Positions 1 to 12,589 of a DNA stretch of 45,171 nucleotides are shown here, in pieces. Each line of letters starts with the position of its first letter. Position 1 is the stretch's first letter. The position numbers were made by a program, and so were the translations under genes. This DNA is from Toensbergia leucococca (taxonomy: Eukaryota), in NCBI GenBank assembly GCA_022813965.1, contig JALDZS010000187.1, positions 1 through 45,171 of the forward strand. Direction: 5' to 3'. The notes beneath the pieces are model-generated. The model had not been told where the DNA came from, did no database searches, and saw only the letters and a program-made list of their open reading frames with translations.

Positions 1-49
1 TATGGTATACCATCGAGGGCGATGGCTTTTTCTCTTTTGGTGGGCATGT

Positions 50-163
50 TGTCACGGTTCTATCTTAGGTTAGCGTCCCCGGGCCCGGATCATCGATTGT
101 TCCGGCCCCACACACTAGATATTCGCAATCCTAGCACGTAGAACGCGAGGGAGGAGGGCAACA
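50..163 (+). mobile_element. Probable 3' LTR (plus end of internal region at 1-49) of a younger LTR retrotransposon nested into the Gypsy gag
   Basis: Starts TGTCACGGTT and is preceded by the hairpin CCATCG-AGGG-CGATGG (10-25), like the pre-LTR hairpin at 4612-4631. CpG is retained, unlike the neighbouring mutated gag. The right end (..GGCAACA at 163) is a guess. Confidence 0.5.
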
Positions 164-2531
164 TAGCAAGGGGATCACCAACTATCATTTTGAACCCTTA
201 CAGACAGCTACAGATAAAGCTTAAGCTAGTCAGTAATCAAGATCAGTATTCTATCACACAGGAACAGAAGACCCTTATTATCTGTTCTCTCAAGGGTGAT
301 GCTCTCAATTATTGCCTACCTAGGTCACTGTTTACAGTCATTAATTCTTTCTCATCTGTGATAAACATTATTAAGTATTTAGTGACGATTTATGAGGATC
401 TCAACAAGGTTCAGAACGCCTGCTAAGATTTTAATAAACTACAGCAGATAAACAATAAGCTGTTTTATCAGTTCTATGCAACCTTTCTTCTTTTAACCTC
501 ATCATTAGACATCAATGAGACAACTCTCATTACTTATTTAGAGAAGAAAGCCAACCCTCAGTTACAGACAGTCCTAGCTATGACCTCATCTGACTTCATC
601 AGTCTCTCACAACTGCAGAGCTACCTGCAAAAGGTAGATAAATAACAGAGATACAACTGAACATTCATGAGGTCAACGCCGCCTTATTTTACCTCCTAAT
701 GAAGAACCTGCAGAATCAGATTTTCTTTATCATCATTGCTGAGATTGAGAAGCTTCAGGCGCAGGAAGTGACCAGGGATCTTTCTTTATTAGAGGTTACC
801 TTTCTGAGTGAAATGAGCTTAGTGAATACTGTGGAATTAATAATCAAACTGCCCTCAGAGTATTATGATTACGTTAATGTTTCTGATAAGTAAGCAGTTA
901 AAGTCCTGCCTCTTAAGCGCTTCTATAATTATAAGATTGAGTTAGAGAGTTCAGACTTACTGTCTAAGAGCTGACTGTACCTCATGTTCAGAGAGAAACT
1001 TCAGAAGGTGAAAGAGTACTTGTTTGAGAATTTAGACAAGGGGTTCATTGTTTTGAGTAAGGCCTCCTTTGCGTCCCTCATTCTGTTTGTCATCAAATTA
1101 AATGGCAGCCTACACTTCTGTGTAGATTACTAACGCTTGAACGCCCTAACCTGTCAGAACTGATACTCATTACTCTTAATTGATAAAACTTTGACTTAGA
1201 TTACTGACTGCAAGTTCATCATCAAGTTTGACATTATTGCAGCCTTCAACAAGCTGCGGATGCACTCAGACAGTGAGAAACTCATGACCTTCTGCACCCT
1301 CATGAGAGTATACAAGTATTATGTCCTTTCTTTTGACTTAACTAATGGACTGACCTCCTTTCAGCATTACATCAATAACACCCTCTTTGAATGTCTCAAT
1401 GACTATGCTCAGACATACTTGAATGACATTCTTATCTACAGTAAGACTCAGCAAGAACATGTCAAATATGTTAGAAATGTTCTTGAGAAGCTCTAAGCTA
1501 TTAGCCTGCAAATTAACATCAAAAAGAGTGAGTTTTTTATCACAAAGACAACCTTTCTAGGCTTGCTGATCTTTATTGATAGGCTGAGAATAAACCCTCA
1601 GAAGATTGAGGTGATCATGAACTGAAACGCCTCTCAGTGTCTCAAAGAGATACAGTTCTTTATTAACTTCTGCAACTTCTTTCAGAAGTTCATCAAGAAC
1701 TTTAGCAAAATCACTCACTTACTGACGCAGCTGAGCAGCAAGAACAAATGATTTGACTAAACAGATGCCTGTTAGAAAGCCATTAAACTTCTCAAGAGAA
1801 CGGTGATAAAATCATCAGTGCTTACTCATTTTGATCAGGCTCAGGCGGTCATTTTAAAATGTGACTCCTTTGATGATGTCAGCAAAGGCATCTTATCACA
1901 GTATAAAGACAATGACCTGCTGCACTCAGTGACCTTCTTTAGTAAGAACCTCATACCTGTAGAATGCAATTATAAGATCTATGACAAGGAGCTGCTGACA
2001 ATCATTCATTGCCTTGAAAATTGACAGTCAGATCTAAAGAGTACTGAAATCTCTGTAAAGATCTTTACAGATCATAAAGCGCTGATTTACTTTATAAAAA
2101 GTAAAAAGCTGATCTGAAGGCAGGCTCATTGAGTGAAAAAGCTCTTCAAGTTCAACTTCAAGATTTAATATCAAACAGGTCCTCAGAATGCAAAGGCAGA
2201 TGCTCTGAGCAGACTGCTCAGCTCTTCACCTCTGAACAATGATGATTCTTAAAAGCTGCATTAATATCAGACTCTTCTGATAACTGAATGATTAGAGGCT
2301 CCTTTAATAAAGCTAACCCCTATCATCTCTGAACTCCTTAACTTAGAAGAAAAAAATATTTCAGATGCTATTAATGACCTTATGAAAGATCATGCCCTGA
2401 AGATGAACCTGAAGAATGATCTGAAAGGCCCCTTATCTCCTCTATTTAAACGGGCTGCAGAGGTCAGCAAGACTAACTCAGAGTGTCTAACAGCTAAAAG
2501 AGTCTGAATGAAAGGCAAGGCACGCTATGAG

Positions 2532-2737
2532 TGTGAGTGTTCTGGTACAATTTGTATAGTGTTAGAAAAGATGATCGATTCTCTAAGAAAGTGGGCGGTC
2601 TTATTGACCCCACTAGCGCTAGTGCTCCGGAGTATCCCCTAACTAAATAAAGCTAATACTGACTAGTGAGACAATGGGAAGGCACGACAATAAGGATCGC
2701 TAGTACTATCTATAGGAATATAGGAATAACCGTGACA
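2532..2737 (-). mobile_element. Solo LTR (206 bp) inserted between RNase H and integrase of the Gypsy
   Basis: TG...CA termini (TGTGAG...CCGTGACA). Exact 5-bp target-site duplication ATGAG at 2527-2531 and 2738-2742. Reverse complement starts TGTCACGGTT like the LTR at 50, which is the basis for the strand call. Confidence 0.9.
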
Positions 2738-4650
2738 ATGAGAGCATCAGTCTGTGAGCATGTTCTCTGAAAGATGATGTTCTCTACTGCAAAGATCAGT
2801 TATAAGTCTCAGCAGATAATCAGTTAAGGCTTAAGATTCTTCAGAAGATTCATAATCCTTCAGTCAGCAGTCATCTGAGGATCACTCACATAGAAGCCCT
2901 TCTACAATGATATTATTTCTGACCTGAATTGTGAGCCTCTATAAAACGTTACTGCTAAAACTGTCATAACTGCTGCTGAGTCAAGGCCTTCAAAGAGAAG
3001 CTTAATAAGCTCCTGCAGCCGTTGCATATTCTCACAAAACGCTGAGAGAACATTGTCATGAATTTTATTACTGACCTTTTAAAGTCTGAAGGTAAGAACA
3101 TTATTCTTATCATCATTAACTGCCTTAGCAAGGAACGTTACTATATATTATGCTCTATCAATGAGAACAGCACCTCTGTAAAGTGAACTGTGAAGATGAT
3201 GATTCAGAATATCTTTCAGCTGCATGAGCTGTCAGTCTCTATTGTTTTCAACTGTGAGTCTCAGTTTGTGTTCATTATGTAAAAGACCTTATGCAAGCAT
3301 CTGTCTCTCAATGTTTATCTGAGCACTGCCTTTCATCCTCAGACAGATGAGCAGTCTAAATGCGTCAATCAAGACATAGAGTCTCATCTTCAACTCTATT
3401 GCAACTACTATCAGAATGACTAAGTCTAACACTTACTCATGAGAGAATTTGCAGATAATAATAACGTTTTCTCAGCTATAAGAATGTTTCTATTCTTTAC
3501 AAACAAAGGGGTTTACCCTCAGATGAGTTTCAGCCTAAATACCTTTACTTATAAAAGTATCTGAGAACGTCTCCTTGCTCACTGAGCAGAAGACATCACT
3601 GAAACTATAAAGGACAGCCTGACATACATAAAAGAACAGCTTGAATAGGCTTAAACTATCATGACTAACAACGCTAACTGTCACTGTAAAGATGTCACCT
3701 ATAAGGTAAGTCAGAAGGTCTTTCTTGACTGTCACAATATTAAGATTAAGAGGCTGTGCCTCAAGCTGAATAACAAGAACATCAGTCTGTACAAGATTCT
3801 GCAGAAGGTTGAAACCATCTACTGACTTGAGCTCTCAGCCTTCATGAAGATACACTCAGTATTTTATGTTATGCACCTTCAGGCTGCTGTCACAGACCCT
3901 CTTCTCAGACAGATCAACGCTTCTTCTGAGTCAGTAATCATTAATAATCAGAATAAATGAGTGATAAATGAGATTATTGATTCCTGTTATACTAATATCA
4001 ATCACCGCCTGCAATACTGAGTCAAATGACACAACTATCCCTGAGATGATACCTGATACAACGCAGACAACAATGAGTTTGAGCACTCTCAAGAACTCAT
4101 GAATGCATTTTATGCTCAGTATCTAAACAAGTCTGAATCTCACCTGCATCATTATTAAAAATCACTCTCTGATGTCTGAAAGTCACCTGAAGCTTAGCTG
4201 CAACTTGATTCTGCAGCGCAGTTAAGTCTTCATTAAAGGCTTCAATTAAACTAACTCAGGACTTTAGCCTGCCGCTGTTAAGCGTCTTAAGGGAAGTGCC
4301 CTAAAATTGCAGTCAGGAAGTTGACTTATAGCTCTGTTTCTTATCCCTGCAAGCTGAGTCAGCAGGTATCAAGATGAACAGATAAATTGCTCTCTTTTAT
4401 ATACTCACTGAGTATCTGTTCAGCTGTCAGGCGCCTGCACACACTGAGTTGCAGGAAAAAAGTTCAGGATGTATGTTTTTGTATGCGTGTGTCAAGTTTT
4501 CTATACAAATTCTCAACTTCTGATATGACACAGGCAGGGACATAGTGATTTTTTCTGCACAACAAAAGTGTTTTCTTTTCATTTTTTTATTTCTTTTCTT
4601 TCATTCTTCACAAGCAATGAGGGCATTGCTTACTTGCGGGGGGGGGGTAA

Positions 4651-4886
4651 TGTTACAGTTCATTCTAGCATTTTAGCATTCACCCTAGCATCCTAGTGTA
4701 TGCATGAATCAAGGTTAACACAAGAGCTAGAAGTTGACATGTGAGGTTATTAGATGTCACAGCTGTTACTCAGTGACACCCTGTCAGATACTTATAGTGC
4801 ATTCCTCTCCTGTACTTTTAGATCTTTACCTTTAGTATTCTATTCAATAGTACCCCTATGACTAAACTCTAGGCCTAACTGTGACA
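4651..4886 (+). repeat. 3' LTR of the Gypsy element (236 bp)
   Basis: Preceded by a poly-G polypurine tract (4638-4647). Termini TGTTACAGTT...AACTGTGACA form an inverted repeat. Confidence 0.9.
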
Positions 4887-5401
4887 AATTATTAGTTTTT
4901 TTCTTTACTCTTTAGTATCTCTTTAATCTTCTTAGTAAGATTGATTTGTGTTTGTGACTAAACATCAAAGAAATATAGTATTAAAGATAGATAAAGAATG
5001 TCAGTAAAAAATAAGAATAAATTCAACATTTGATTAAATTTAAACTTCTAAATTGATATTAGTGTTAAAATTAATTCAAGTTCTTTGTAAGTGATGAAGC
5101 AAAACAAAGTTGATTCACAAACTCACATAACCTTTCAGTGACTCTTTGTCTTCAAAACATAATATGAAACACTGAATTGAATCAAGTGAGAGATCTTGCT
5201 CAAGATGATGATATTAACCTTTACATAAATCTCATAGGCATTACCTTTAGAATAGTGCACAATGCAGCATCGGTTCAGCTTCCGCTCAGTGTCACGCAGT
5301 CAGCCTCAAAGTCAAGCGTCATCTTCTGATATTTTGCAACATCAATATCGGTTGCCTGATTCAGTCTCAGCATCTTCAGTATCCTCAACTTCATCTTATT
5401 C

Positions 5402-6759
5402 ATGCACTGTAAGTCACCTTGACTTGTGACATCATCTCATCTGGTTGATGATGACTGATGTAAGGCCCACACACGCAGATCCCTCAAGTGCAGATACGCT
5501 CTTGTCCTAAATACATAGCCAACACCACACCTTTGCCGCGGATCTATGGTGGGCTTGATCCTGATCCGCAACTTGATCATGCGCCACATAAAGTCATCCT
5601 CTCCCGCAGGACGCTGAAAGGAGGAGAGGTCCGCTTCAAACTAGGGACTCCTTCTGGCCGGGCCATAATTACGGATCCACGTACCTACAGCGTAGAGACA
5701 ATCCTGAACCACGTCAGCGGTCGGCAGCTGGAAACCTTTGAACATGATCAATTTCGCAGCGAGCAGCGTCGCGAGAAGGCCAAGGTCAAGCACGATGGAG
5801 TTCTGTTCAGTGTGGCGTCACATCACCGGGGAAGGCTTCACAGAAGCTCAGAGGCCGTGAAATCAATGGTGGAGGTTACAACTCTCCCTGCGTCCAAAAA
5901 TCCCGTCGCCCCACCAAGTCGCCTGACAAGATCACAACAACTGAGTGCAGTCATCGCTAGACCCTTCATTTCTTTACCTTACACGAAGCGCCGGGTAGCA
6001 AAGCCCGTGAAAATGAATCGCATCAGACTCTCATCACCTGAGACACAGCTCAACCAGGAATTGGGCCTCACGCTACCAAACCCTTGGTCTCCGACCATCA
6101 TGCCTCCACAAATCCTTGGTCCGGCGGATGGCTCGAGCACAACAGAAATCGAGGAGGAGGCCTGCGAGGAGTCCAGCGAGGACATATCATCATCAAGTGA
6201 TCCACCAGTAGGTCATGAACAAATTGCCCAGGCCTCCCCCCACCAGTACTCTAGTTCGAGTACAGATACATCTTCCTCGAGCGATCAGTCAGGGGAAGTA
6301 GTAGCCCCAATAATCATATTCTCGAACTCAGGCACGAGCTCCTCGGATGATTTCACGAGCCTTTCACCGGCAATGCGACATACCGAACGTTCACCTTCTT
6401 TACAACCCTACCGTCCTCGCTCATTTTCAGTCGTGATCACATTAGACAACGACAGCAGCAACGACAGCGACATTCAACCCCTCAAACGCCGCCGCAAAAC
6501 CTCTGCTTCAGCAACCCACAATCAGCTTACCGATCCCATCACCACGGTGAAACTCCCACCGAAGCATCCATCCAAGTCTCTCAAATTGCCCCCACACAAA
6601 ACCCCCATCCGAAAGAGCTTAAGCATAACTCCCTTCTACCCATGCCGATCCCCTAAGTCAAAAACCTACCCTAAATCACCACCCGTCACATCAAACAAGG
6701 CGCTGAAGAGGAAATGGGAACACGGGAAAGATGAACTGGGGCTGGAGTTTGAGTTCTAG
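5402..6759 (+). CDS. Hypothetical protein of about 425 aa: folded-looking N-terminal ~95 aa, S/P-rich disordered middle, basic C-terminus
   Basis: 423-codon open frame with normal GC and CpG. ATG at 5402 plus intron 5409-5488 (GTAAGT..CTGAT..AAG) puts MHL in frame. NLS-like KRRRK. Start is uncertain. Confidence 0.6.
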
Positions 6760-7096
6760 ATAACGGAAGGATTTGACGCCAGGCTTTCACATTCTGAGGC
6801 AGCGAAGGGATATCATAATAATGAATTAACGGCGACTGGTTGATATGAAGCTCAGGTAATTGAGAGGGCTGGGCAACGGGTATCAGGCTCTGTGTCTTGA
6901 GGAGGCCTTATCGGGTAAGGAAAGTCACGAAATGCAGGTAAAGGGCGGGATGATCTATGAGCGACGAGCAACAATGTCAACTTCGGCGGAATACCCCATC
7001 TTTCGCATAGTATGAATGTCGAGCGCTGAACGAAATCTCGAATTAGTAGCCAAGCCATCATTTCTTCGTCAACTGCAATTTCCAATGAATCCTTTA

Positions 7097-7727
7097 GGGA
7101 ATTGATACCAGGACACCCCCTTTTGATACAAGGACACCCCCCCACCCTCCACCCCTCTCGGGCGCAATATCACTGAGGGAAATTTTATCATTCCGCACCA
7201 CAATTTGCCTCAATTCCCCACCACTATGCAAGCCATTTACTTGTTCTGTTTGCGTGCTATCTAGAAGCCAAACTACCTGGGAGAAAGCCCATGCTTTTAT
7301 ACCACACCCTGACTTGATTCCCAGGCGCATGATCACCTCCCCGGGCGCAAGAACATCATGATTCTGAATCACCTCCTTTCAAAATCATGAAACACCCTGT
7401 TTTCTACAGGATCTCCACCTCGCCCCCCTCTAAGTCCTTGTCCCCCTCTAGATCCTCACCCACCCTGACCTTCTATTCATTCAAGTTCAGAAGGTTCACG
7501 CTGCGTACCCCTATCAAACGCCTGCTGTTCTCTCACACCACAGGCTTCTGTAGGACTGCAGTGAAGGTGATAGATGGCACGCGGGATCATGAAGTACAAG
7601 GCATGCAAATGTGATGAGGAATTGAGGCAAGATGTGGTGCAGAATAATAAAACTTCCCTCAATGATATTGCGCCTAAGGGGGGGCGGTGTCCTTGTATCA
7701 AAAGGGGGTGTCCTGGTATCAATTCCC
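7097..7727. mobile_element. Non-autonomous Mutator-like (MULE) element / MITE, 631 bp
   Basis: TIRs of about 130-140 bp (7097-7234 and 7600-7727), with the outer 42 bp a perfect inverted repeat starting GGGAATTGATACC. 8-bp TSD ATCCTTTA at 7089-7096 and 7728-7735. Confidence 0.9.
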
Positions 7728-8035
7728 ATCCTTTAATGAGCATCGTATTATTGAATTCGTTGCACTGGACGCCTTGGAGTAAAAGCTACCACCGACCCCC
7801 CCTCCCCCCCCATGGTTGATACATCATCTTCATGATCAGGGAAGGAGGACCCGCTGCATCTTTTGTGTGGAATATATGCATCTCCTCCATTCGCTTCCTG
7901 TCCTCACATGCTCTACATGTCCTGCATCCCTCCAACAGAGGTCTTAGCTGTTGATGATTACACTTCTTCAGCCCTGTGCGTAGCGAGCGCACATAAGTAG
8001 TAGTTCTCCTCACTTAGCCATAGAATCAACCGTCG

Positions 8036-10948
8036 TCAAATACTGTTGAACCTCAACATCAGCACGAAACCAGCAATCAAGAACACCGTGTTCGGGACCG
8101 TAGCTTTTGGTTGACCTCCTTTAAAAGATTCTGGTGTCCCAACTGAGATTGATGTAGAAGGACCAATTTCACCAAATCCAGACATGATGGCCGCTCCCAG
8201 CCCTTGTGTCTTACTCATCATCAGTGGCACTGTCCTTGTCCCAATGATCAGAGTCCCTGATGGCGCTAGAGATATGGTTGTGTCATTGATTGTCATTGCT
8301 GGGCTTCCGGGAATAATTGTGCTGCCGCTGCCAAATTCAAATCCTGATGGGTTTGCAGTAATGATGTCGCTACCGATGGTGAAAATAGACGTGGGAAATG
8401 TGAGAGGAATTGTTCTTGACCCTATAATCAAACCAGATGGAGCCACTGAGACTGATGTACCAGAGATGATTGTGCCAGGCCCACTTTCATGAAGGCTTGC
8501 GCCGGCCACATTGATGCTGTCATTCTCAGGAGTGACGACTTGACCGTCGATTGTCAAAGGAATGACACTAGTAGAAGGTAGCAAATTTACCATTGTGCCG
8601 CCAATGATGAACATGGATGAGTCAGATCCTACGTGAGTTCCGGAGGTGTAAGTCGGCGCCCAGGGAGCTGCGGTAAGTGTCTGCCCTCCCATAGTAAGGA
8701 CGGCTCCAGAATCTGTATCAAACCCAGTGCCTGCAGATGTCAATGGATAAGTACTTGAGCCGATCACAAGATTTTCAGAAGTTGCCAGACTGATCACGGT
8801 ACCCGATATAGTCACACCAGGTTCATCTACCGATAGCGTCATTCCGCTGATAGAAAAACCAGTAGGTTTTGCAGTGCCTGGGATTGTGAAAAGTTGACTC
8901 GTCTGGACTTGAGTTTGAGGATCAAGAGAATCTTCTATTGACGTGGGAGAAGTGTCACTCGTAGGCGGAGGATCTGATGGGCTAATAGAGGTTGACGAAG
9001 AATCAGAAGGTCTGGCTGGATCGCCAGGATCAATTCCAGGTTCTCCACTGGAAGTTTTTGGGTCATGCGATGAGCTCCAAGGACTACTAGCCAATGCTGC
9101 CGTCGCTGTAAGGAGGAAACTAGGGAACCCTTCCGTCGCTGTAAAGAGGGAATGAGGGGCCGCGATATCGGTATGGATTCCTAGATCCGTGGGAACCGGA
9201 GGACTCTGTACGACAGGATCTGGATCGGCTAGGATGGTTTCCGCTGCTTGTCCGGAAGGTTTCCCACCAGAATATGAGCTCCAAGCACTGCTTGATAATG
9301 TCTTTGACGCTGTTGAGGACACTACAGGTTGAATGTTAGGTGTGGGGTATCCGGTGCTTGACACAGAAGAGCCTGGGAGCGCTGATGAGTATATTGGATG
9401 GCTATCCTGACTTCTTGTCGAAGTGGCGGGAACTGCGACTGGAGTCATAGCCCTTGGGGGATCATAACCGTGATATACGTCTAGTACGCAAGAGCTCCAC
9501 GCTGGATCATAAGCTAGGAGCTTGGCCGGGACTGCAAGCTTTGGAATAAACGCTCCTTGCGGATCTCCGTAACCATCAGCGTTACTTGGAAGATCACCAT
9601 GGATTGAAAAAGGTACACAGGGTAAATCGCCGAAGTTGAAGCTCTGTGGCGGAGCCTCACTTACATACCCACTTGTGGATAACTCTCCAGGCGCAAAGAC
9701 TATCCTGACTGAATCATATACTGATCCTACTTGTCCACAATCATTTGAGGCAGACACGTCTCCAAAATCCACGTACACAGACGGTGATACACTTTTCAAG
9801 TAGTCAATTTCGCGTTTCACTCCACTGCATGGAAGGCAAAACTTACATGGTAATCCCATCAATTACTGTATAACTTTCCAAAGATACATTGTCGTTGCGG
9901 ACTTTGACTACGTTCAACGGCATCCTGGCCTGCAAAGTGATTGAAGGCGGCTCAGGTTCGTTTGTTTCGATCATATCATGATAAATTCTACTTGAGCCCG
10001 TGTTCGACATCTTTAATGCACGTTCATCCATCGGATATCCATAATCCGGATAATATGAACTATTTGTGAGACAGGCGGTGTTTGCATCTGGTACTGGCCA
10101 GTAGTAGACCTGAATATTATTGAAGAAAAAATTGCATTGACCACAGCAAGCGTAGGCGTCGCCTATAGATGAGAATAGACTAGGGTTTGCAGAAATCCAA
10201 CTCGCGGTGCAGGCAGGTAGTTTTGCAAAGCTCGCTTCGTCTGATGGAAGTAAATCAATCCCATTTGCATCAGCCGATAGCCAAGCCGATATCGATGAAG
10301 CTTCTGCTGCGGGCGTCAACCTTTCGACGGTCCAAAAAGTTCCTTCCCATGTAATTATTGTCGGCGCTGTGCTCGGTGCTGTGATAGTAAATGGAGTAGG
10401 AGAGCTACCAAGGATCTCTGTTTTTCCGCTATCAACTGTCAAGGTGATAGAAGTAGTTGTGAGTTCAGTTGTGAGTCCAAAAGTGTAGAGCAGTCCCGTT
10501 GTATCGCTCGAGTTGCTTTGATCTGGCAATAACAACTCAGTACTTAAAGATAGGTGCGAAGAGTCTATGATCGTAGATGTCGAGCTCAAGGCACTTGAAG
10601 ATACTGCCAGCTCTCTCAACGTAGATTGCGTTGTTGCGCTTAGTGATGATGAGAGACTTGATGAGTAAAAGTTGCCAGAAACAAAAGCGGAACTACTAGG
10701 TGATATGAGTATCTGAGATGAAGGTAAAGTTGTTATGACAGACGACGCTGCGCCAATAGACAGTGCTGATTCGGTACCATTGAGGAGTAAACTAGAGACT
10801 GAAGATGAATATGATTAGCGGTAGACTACTGAGAGACGTAAATAAGTTGAATCACAGAGATATACAAACCGTCAATGAAGCGTAAATAAAACAGGAACAG
10901 AGCCAAACGAGTCCCCCGAGGTAAAACTAAAGGCCAGTCACAGAGCAT
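8036..10948 (-). CDS. Secreted Ser/Thr-rich, probably GPI-anchored cell-surface glycoprotein, about 928 aa, 3 exons (10948-10870, 10798-9847, 9791-8036)
   Basis: Two long ORFs joined in phase by intron 9846-9792 (GTAAGT..AAG). Intron 10869-10799 (GTTTGT..CTAAT..CAG) links a hydrophobic N-terminus. Cys-rich domain (CCGQC..VYYWP..C; SPSVYV..DCG..ELST..FNFGDLPC), repeated GxTISGTxxSLA units and a hydrophobic C-terminal tail. Confidence 0.85.
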
Positions 10949-12589
10949 TCTTGCCAAAAGCCAACATGAACAACCAAAGGGTGTACAGAAATTGTGAGAG
11001 CTACTACTACTGCCGAAGGAAGAAACGATTTAAGTATGAAATACTCAGCTGTCCCACAAGACTTGTGTAACTCGATGCAGGCATATATCGAGCACACAAG
11101 GCTACATCAATTTATGCAGGCTTTTATTGGTCGCAAATGGAACAGTTATTAGACACGGGCATCAAAGAGTCCTCTCTTCCATTGGTCGCTATTACCTGCC
11201 TGCGATCATGCCATTGCCTTGAAGACTTCATGCAATGCCGCTCAGCCCGGTACTGCTGTCGCATCGAGACAACATCGAGCCAATATCAAATTCGACGATA
11301 TGATTTTACTGCCTGAACCTTGAGGCTCATCAAATAGGCCAGTCGTAATCCGATGTCAGCAGCAGACCAGGCCACTTATAGAAACCTGGTTTCAGCCTAG
11401 TTATCTTGGGGTTCTAGAACAACCAGTCATACAACCGTGTTGCTCTCTCTCAATCCTTGGACATGCGAGCAAGCGGCTTGAGAGAAGTAATTTGCGATTG
11501 TGAAAACTTCAGTAATAGATTCTGACCTAAGCGAAGGTATCTTTAGTCACATAACTGCGTAGCACAGGATTCCAGGTCACCTTGTGAGTGATGCGCTTTT
11601 GACCCGGCTTCTTTCCACCATTTTGTGGCTTATCAGGGATACAGGAAATCCGCTAATCGCAGTAATCTCATATTCATTTGGTCATTGAGCCTGTACAGAA
11701 GTAAACAAGAATGAAGAAGAAGGGATGAGAGAGTTGAATACTTTAGCACATGCCAAACTAGCTTTGTTAGCAAGTAGGTAGGTAGAGAAAGAAATCCCTA
11801 GTACTAATGCTCTTGATCGAGGCAAACTCTTCTATAAATAGATTTGAATATTCATCCGTAGACTGACTCTTATTGCAGTGTCTGCATCACCTTGGCTCTG
11901 ACAATAGGATTACGATCCTTGGGAATGCAGGGGATTGAATGACTAATTCAGGCGGCAGCGGACCTGGGGCGTCAAGAGATTGAGGAATGGATTCCAATTA
12001 GTCGCGGCAACGTCCTTGGTCCGTCTCGGAAGTTGACTGAGAGAGCCAATGGGTATCATGAAAAGAGTGCAGCACCGAGTTTCAGGTTCAAAAGACAGTC
12101 TTATGAGAATCTTGGGTAAGATGTTTTCTTGCATAGACTCACACGTGCGGGAGGAGATACAATTACGACCGATGTCAAATAGAAAACAAAACTTACAGAG
12201 CTGGCCAAGAGATCCCGAAGGTTGTGTGTACCTTAGAATAGATTACAAGAAGAAACAACCACCTTGAGTTCAGATATAGTTTTTGAAATATCAATTCAAC
12301 CACAAGTTAGAATGCAAAATCATGACGGCAGAAAAGCCGTGAAAAACCGAGAACGGGCCTGTATCAACAGTGTCCAGCCATCTAATTTATTATAATACCT
12401 CCACCATCAGTCTGAAAAGGCAAATCAGAAATAGAGTATCGCTCCTGCAAAGTTTTGCACCCCCAAAAGAAATCTTGGCAACTACCTTGCTGGCCAGCGC
12501 GATTGCACAAAACTGACAGGGGGAGCTGTTTGGGGTGTGCGAAGATCGCCTCTAAGGATTTGATCAAGCAAGCACTGGGTAGGTAAGAA

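Larger units (their letters stand above)
164..4886 (+). mobile_element. Degenerate Ty3/Gypsy (chromovirus-type) LTR retrotransposon: gag fragment, RT, RNase H, integrase, chromodomain, PPT, 3' LTR
   Basis: RT motifs: FCVDY..LN, FDIIAAFNKLRM, QTYLNDILIYS (YLDD). RNase H motifs: ILKCDSFD, NYKIYDKELLTII. Integrase: AFHPQTDEQS. Chromodomain at about 3950-4140: (W)VINEIIDS..QY(R)VK(W)..Y..DT(W). Many transition-derived stops. Confidence 0.95.
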
